From a bacterium (GTDB lineage Bacteria; Krumholzibacteriota; Krumholzibacteriia; G020349025), in the NCBI GenBank assembly GCA_031362565.1, contig JANLSU010000015.1, forward strand, positions 1-19,516: a stretch of DNA of 19,516 bases. Direction: 5' to 3'. This document shows, one piece after another, positions 14,914-19,516 of this stretch. Both the position numbers and the translations under genes were made by a program. The first letter of the stretch is position 1, and every line of letters starts with the position of its first letter. The notes below the pieces were generated by a model. The model was not told the origin of the DNA, did no database searches, and saw only the letters and a list, made by a program, of their open reading frames with translations.

Positions 14914-15911
14914 GGCACGACGACCCTACGATGGCGCACTGCCGGCGCGGCGCTCGGCCCGCGTCCGCCGATCCAATGCACCCACGCCGCCGAATGCTCG
15001 CGCCGCGCGTAGCGCCGCACTTGCGCGCCGAATGCCGTCTTGAACGTTTCGACGCCCGGCAAGCCGGTGCTGCCGCCGAAGTTGTACAGGCGCGGGCCGC
15101 GCGGATCGCGGCAGGCGGTTTGCAGCGCCCGCCAGTGCAACAGGTTGTTCGGGCTCGCCCCCCACCGGTCGCGGCGCGACACGTTGCCCCAGTTCATCAC
15201 TTGCCCGCCGCACGTGAAGTTGAGCAGGCCGGCGATCGTCTCACCCTCGATCTCGGCCAGCCACACATCGACGCCCGGCACCCCGGCGAGCGCCGCGAAG
15301 AACGTGCGGGGCAAAGGCTGCGCCAGTCCCCAGCGCGCCGCCGACTCCGTGTACAGCACCGCGTAACGCTCCAGCGACTCGGCGTCGCGCCTACAACGGA
15401 CTTCGACGCCGAGTTTTTCCGCCTTGCGGATCTTGTTGCGATTCTGCGACGTGAAGGCACCATGGAAGAGCGCTTCGGGATCGTCCGGCAAGTCGAGCAC
15501 TTGGCAGGTTTCCTCAGCGCGGCTCCAGCGCAACGCGTCTCCCAGGGTCGAAGCAAAGTCGTGCACGCGTACGACGGCGACGCGGGGCCGCCGGCCGAGA
15601 GCGGCGAGAAACGTCCGGACCGCATCCGCGGCCGCGACATCGTGCGCCAGAATCCCGCCGTACGTCCCCCACACACCTGCATACAGCCGCCACACGCCCC
15701 ATTGCGCGGCACGAAACATCGGGCACGCAGCGCGCAGTTCACCGCCAGGGCCTTCCGCGACGATGACCACCGGCTGGAGACGCGGTTCGGTGCGGGCGAC
15801 GGCGCGCAACCAGCCGGGCGTTTGGAAGAAGCTGCCGTCCGGGAGCCCGGCGAGCGCTTCGAGCCCCGCGGGCGGATCCCCGGCGTGCAATCGCACCCCG
15901 AGCGCCGTCAT
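14910..15911 (-). CDS. GNAT-family FemAB/BcsL-like acyl- or aminoacyltransferase
   Basis: SFFQTPGW, TYGG, RNKIRKAEKLGV, PNNLLHWRAL, YNFGGS...GVETFKTAFGA. Confidence 0.85.
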   Translation of the reverse strand: MTALGVRLHAGDPPAGLEALAGLPDGSFFQTPGWLRAVARTEPRLQPVVIVAEGPGGELRAACPMFRAAQWGVWRLYAGVWGTYGGILAHDVAAADAVRTFLAALGRRPRVAVVRVHDFASTLGDALRWSRAEETCQVLDLPDDPEALFHGAFTSQNRNKIRKAEKLGVEVRCRRDAESLERYAVLYTESAARWGLAQPLPRTFFAALAGVPGVDVWLAEIEGETIAGLLNFTCGGQVMNWGNVSRRDRWGASPNNLLHWRALQTACRDPRGPRLYNFGGSTGLPGVETFKTAFGAQVRRYARREHSAAWVHWIGGRGPSAAPAVRHRRVVVP

Positions 15912-15914
15912 CGG

Positions 15915-17111
15915 TCAGCGCGCATACCAGCGCAGGAGCTTGCGGACCGCATCGACCACCGCCTGCCGCTCCACTGCCGGCATGTGCGGATACAACGGCA
16001 ATGACAAGCAACGTGACGCAAAATCATCGGTACGCACGAGCCGCCGTCGCAACTCGAGATCACGCCCGGCCGGGTGGCGGTGATACGGGATGAAATGCAC
16101 GCTCGGCACGACGCCTTCCTCGCGCAGAGCGCGCGAGAAGGTATCGCGGTCGACACGCAACCGGTCGGTCCGCAGTTGCACGACGTACAAGTGCCAGGCG
16201 TGGACCGCACCAGGGCGCACGCGCGGCGTTTCGATGCCGGTCTCGCCTTCGAACGCGGTGTTGTAGAACTGCGCTACTTCGGTGCGCGACGCGCGCAACT
16301 CCGGTTCGCGCGCCAATTGCGACAACCCGAGCGCCGCCTGGACGTCGGTCATGTTGCACTTGTAGCCGGGAAGCTCGACTTCGTAGTACCAGGTGCCACG
16401 GTCGGTGTAACGCTTCCATGCATCACGCGCCATGCCGTGATAACCCAGGAGACGCACGCGCTGCGCGTAGTCCGGATCGGCGCAGGTGAGCAAACCGCCC
16501 TCGCCGGTGGTGATGCACTTGGTCGCATAGAAACTGAAGGCCGTGGCGTCGGCCCAGGCGCCGACGGGCACGCCATCGAGCGCCGCGCCAAAGGCATGCG
16601 CCGCATCCTCCAGCAGGAACCAGCCGCGCGCCCGGCAGAGCGCCTTCAAAGCGTCGATGCGCGCCGGGTGCCCGGCGTAGTCGACAGCCACCACGCCGCG
16701 GGTGCGCGGCGTCGCGAGCGCCTCCACGGCCTCAGGATCGAGCCCGAAGCTCTGCATTTCGATGTCGGCGAGAATCGGCGTCGCACCCGCATGCAGGATC
16801 GTGTTGACGCTGGCGGCGAAGGTCAGCGACGGAACGATGACCTCGTCCCCTGCCTTCACGTCCCAGGCGCGAAGCGCCAAGAACAATGCCGCCGTGCAGG
16901 AACTCACGGCGATGGATTCCGGCGCTTGCAACCGCGCCGCACACGCCGCCTCGAACTCACCGACCCGCGGGCCGAGCGTCAGCCAGCCCGACCGCAAGGT
17001 GTCGACCACGGCCTGAATATCGCCGTCCGAGAGCGCGGCACGAAAAAACGGCACCGGCGCATCGGCGCGTACCGGCGTGCCGCCTTCGATCGCCGGACGA
17101 TCACCGCTCAT
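15915..17111 (-). CDS. DegT/DnrJ/EryC1/StrS PLP-dependent sugar aminotransferase
   Basis: ATG 17111 with AAGGAAGG RBS. SGWLTLGP, SSCTAAL, EDAAHA, SFYATKCITTGEGG (catalytic Lys), GYKCNMTD, LSLPLYP. Confidence 0.95.
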   Translation of the reverse strand: MSGDRPAIEGGTPVRADAPVPFFRAALSDGDIQAVVDTLRSGWLTLGPRVGEFEAACAARLQAPESIAVSSCTAALFLALRAWDVKAGDEVIVPSLTFAASVNTILHAGATPILADIEMQSFGLDPEAVEALATPRTRGVVAVDYAGHPARIDALKALCRARGWFLLEDAAHAFGAALDGVPVGAWADATAFSFYATKCITTGEGGLLTCADPDYAQRVRLLGYHGMARDAWKRYTDRGTWYYEVELPGYKCNMTDVQAALGLSQLAREPELRASRTEVAQFYNTAFEGETGIETPRVRPGAVHAWHLYVVQLRTDRLRVDRDTFSRALREEGVVPSVHFIPYHRHPAGRDLELRRRLVRTDDFASRCLSLPLYPHMPAVERQAVVDAVRKLLRWYAR

Positions 17112-17166
17112 GACCTTGGATCCTTCCTTGCCCGTCGAGTCTGTGAACTCAATCGCTGCGACGGGG

Positions 17167-18009
17167 CTATTTTTCCAACACCAGAAACGACATGGAGCCC
17201 CAGCGCCGCGCCGGCGGGAAAACCCGGAAGAGAGCCCGATCCGCCGCATGCGTCGCCCGCAGGGCAGCCCGCCGCCACGGCGAATTCGGATGGCGGAAGA
17301 TGAACCCCGTCCCGGCATGAAAAAGGTCCGTGCCGATGACATCGACGCGCCGGAATGCGTTCCCCAGACGCCGGACATCGCTCGTGAACACCGGCACGTC
17401 GCCTTCCTCGATCTCGCCCTTCCACCACCACCAAAGGCGCCACAGCGGTGCATCCGCCAGGTTCTCACAGAAAAGCGCCCGGCCGCCCGGCCGCAGAACC
17501 CGGTGAATCTCGTCGAACACATTCGGGTACTTGATGACGTGGTGGATGACGCCGTGGCCGATGATCGTGTCGAAGGCGTTTTCAGCGAACGGCAAGAACG
17601 ACGCGTCGGCGCACACGAGTTCGATGCCATCGACGCCGTCGCGCTGCAACTGCGACTGACGGCGCTGGAGTCCCACCGCCCCGATGTCGAAACCGACCAC
17701 CGACTTGGCGCCGCGCAGGCGCCAATAGACGGCCCAAAACGCGTTGCCGCAGCCGTATTCGAGGACCTCCCGTCCCCCCACCCCGCCCTGAGCCTCGATG
17801 AGGGCATGGAATTCGCGGCGGCAGTCATTGTACCGATCGATTCCCAGCGTCCAGGTCGGCGTCAGCCAGTCGCGCTCCACCGTCTCCACATCGACGGTGG
17901 GATACGGCCGGGTCCCGGATCGAAAGCGTTCGTGGTACGCCTTTTCGCGCTGTTTGACGGCGTCGAGGTCCATCGCCACGCCCTTTCCGTCCGGCACGCC
18001 GCGGCTCAC
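17167..18009 (-). CDS. Class I SAM-dependent methyltransferase
   Basis: Motif I VLEYGCGNA, then GFDI, CADASFLPF..NAFD, IHH, EIHRVLRPGG. The start is either GTG 18009 (GTGA overlap with the upstream stop) or ATG 17973. Confidence 0.9.
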   Translation of the reverse strand: MSRGVPDGKGVAMDLDAVKQREKAYHERFRSGTRPYPTVDVETVERDWLTPTWTLGIDRYNDCRREFHALIEAQGGVGGREVLEYGCGNAFWAVYWRLRGAKSVVGFDIGAVGLQRRQSQLQRDGVDGIELVCADASFLPFAENAFDTIIGHGVIHHVIKYPNVFDEIHRVLRPGGRALFCENLADAPLWRLWWWWKGEIEEGDVPVFTSDVRRLGNAFRRVDVIGTDLFHAGTGFIFRHPNSPWRRAALRATHAADRALFRVFPPARRWGSMSFLVLEK

Positions 18010-19516
18010 TGAATCACGACGAGCGTCCGCATCGTGCTCCCGGCGCTGGTCGTGATCCGGACGAGGTAGGCGCCACTCGCCGCGTGGAAGTTGCCCTCGC
18101 TCTCGAGGCAACTCGGCGCGCCCAGCGTCCACACGATGTCGCCATCCTCGCGATCGGTGACCGTGCAGACTTCTTCGCCTTCGATCGTGTAGATGGTGAC
18201 GGTCGCCGGCTCGCTCAACTTGGCCAGCCGCACCTCGCGGTGGCCGGCGTCGAGGCGCACCGGATTCGGATACAGGACCACTTGATCGAGCGCGGTCTGC
18301 ACGTGCTGCGACAGCCCGGCCACGTCGATGACCGCAGTTCCGCCCTCGGTCGCCAGCCACAAGCGGTCGCGCGCCGCGTCATAGGAGAGCCCATTCACCT
18401 TCGGCGCGGGCAAGGGTGCGAGCGCCCGTCGCGGGTCGTACAACTGTCCGACGGTGCTCGCCGCATTGCGTTCACGAATCGTCTCGATGGTGGTGAAGGT
18501 CTCGATGACGAGTTCGACCGGCGCGGGTTGGCGTTGGTCGAGCCGGATACGGTTCAACCCCTTGACCGTCGCGATCCAAAGGTTGCCGAAGCGATCGAGT
18601 TGCAGGTCCTTGACGTCGCCGGAGATCAACCCCGCGTGTCCATCCACCTTGGCGCGCAGGTTCGTCACCACGCGCCGATTCAACGCGTCGTACTCGAACA
18701 CGCCGCTATCGGTGCCGATCCACAGGGTCTTGGTACCGGGCAACACCACGATGTCGCGATACTCGCTCACCGAAATCGTGCTCGGCAACGCCAGCTCACT
18801 GAAGTTGAAAGGACCGGGCACGCTCGGCGGGAACAACTGGCCGGCACGGTCCCAGCGCTTCAGACCGTGGTTGGTGAGGCCGTTCAAACCGACGTAGGCC
18901 TGGGTCCATGGCGCCGATTCGGAGTCGAACGCCAACGCGCCGACCGCACTGCCGCCCAGGGTGTCGGGGGCGATCGACACGAACCGCCCGAGGTCACTCG
19001 ACGCCACGTCGATGCCGCCATGGTCCGGTTCCAGGCCGGCGTCGCCGTCGCTCAGGAAGAACAAATTGCCATCTGCGTCCCGCGCCGTGCGCCAGTAACG
19101 GCCGTCGAAGCGGTGGTCGCCGTGCGGAATGTGCGCCCAGTCGTCGTGCGAGTGATCGCATCCGGCCCCCGGTGCCAAGATATCGATGGCCCGCGCGTCA
19201 CCGGTGTTCGGCAAGGCGTGAAACCAAACTCTGCCATCGGTGCCGACCACCAGGGCGCGCACGTGGCCGTCCGCGTCAGTCATGTTCGCACGCACAACCG
19301 GATCGTTGCTGTTGAAAGCGCACCACGTTCCGTCCGTGCCCAAGCGGCCGACCCCGCCGAGGCGTGTGCCGATCCACAGCGTGCCGTCCGACGCCAGATC
19401 GAGCGCCTGCACTTCGCTCGGCGGCGAGCCATTGGCCTCGTAGCGCTGCCAGATCGGCGCCCGGGTCAAAACCGCCTGATCGAGGTACGCGCCCTCACCA
19501 TCCGCATTCTGCTGGC
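18006..19516 (-). CDS. PorZ-like / two-component-regulator-propeller protein with C-terminal T9SS-type Ig domain (5' end outside the window)
   Basis: The frame stays open past 19469 to the window end. Reg_prop-like repeats (DGTLWIGTRLGG, TLWIGTDSGV, DRFGNLWIATVKGL, RLWLATEGG). CTD VVLYPNPVR...VTIYTIEG...W...ASGAYLVRI...LVVIQ. Confidence 0.75.
   Translation of the reverse strand, partial: QQNADGEGAYLDQAVLTRAPIWQRYEANGSPPSEVQALDLASDGTLWIGTRLGGVGRLGTDGTWCAFNSNDPVVRANMTDADGHVRALVVGTDGRVWFHALPNTGDARAIDILAPGAGCDHSHDDWAHIPHGDHRFDGRYWRTARDADGNLFFLSDGDAGLEPDHGGIDVASSDLGRFVSIAPDTLGGSAVGALAFDSESAPWTQAYVGLNGLTNHGLKRWDRAGQLFPPSVPGPFNFSELALPSTISVSEYRDIVVLPGTKTLWIGTDSGVFEYDALNRRVVTNLRAKVDGHAGLISGDVKDLQLDRFGNLWIATVKGLNRIRLDQRQPAPVELVIETFTTIETIRERNAASTVGQLYDPRRALAPLPAPKVNGLSYDAARDRLWLATEGGTAVIDVAGLSQHVQTALDQVVLYPNPVRLDAGHREVRLAKLSEPATVTIYTIEGEEVCTVTDREDGDIVWTLGAPSCLESEGNFHAASGAYLVRITTSAGSTMRTLVVIQ

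Noticed and set aside
5..19443. Long plus-strand ORFs (e.g. 5-1510, 1492-2973, 5730-7376, 7684-9708, 12053-13513, 16074-17303)
   Set aside because: They are antisense shadows of well-supported minus-strand genes in high-GC DNA and show no domain signatures.

Overview
High-GC bacterial window, probably from an FCB-type lineage such as Latescibacterota, Krumholzibacteriota or Eisenbacteria. This is an inference from two FlgD-Ig/T9SS-type C-terminal domains. All credible genes are on the minus strand, in two tightly coupled operons separated by about 1.1 kb of non-coding DNA. Operon A (>19516 to 12002) encodes a PorZ-like beta-propeller with a T9SS-type CTD, a SAM methyltransferase, a DegT/DnrJ aminotransferase, a FemAB/BcsL-like GNAT, a GT4 and a GT-C-fold membrane glycosyltransferase. 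Operon B (10879 to <1) encodes 12 predicted exported proteins: a lipoprotein with an atypical CX5CH motif, an OM beta-barrel, a hydrazine-synthase-alpha-like dihaem lipoprotein, TlpA, DUF4266, DUF3570 with a candidate flavinylation motif, an NHL propeller with a T9SS CTD, two more barrels (one SH3-fused), a PepSY-like protein, a hypothetical protein and a truncated TPR-like protein missing from the ORF track. The spacer holds a candidate ~350-nt rod-like structured RNA, a 122-nt REP-like hairpin, an 18-bp operator-like palindrome and a near-consensus sigma54 promoter. All family calls come from motif recognition by eye. No searches were run.
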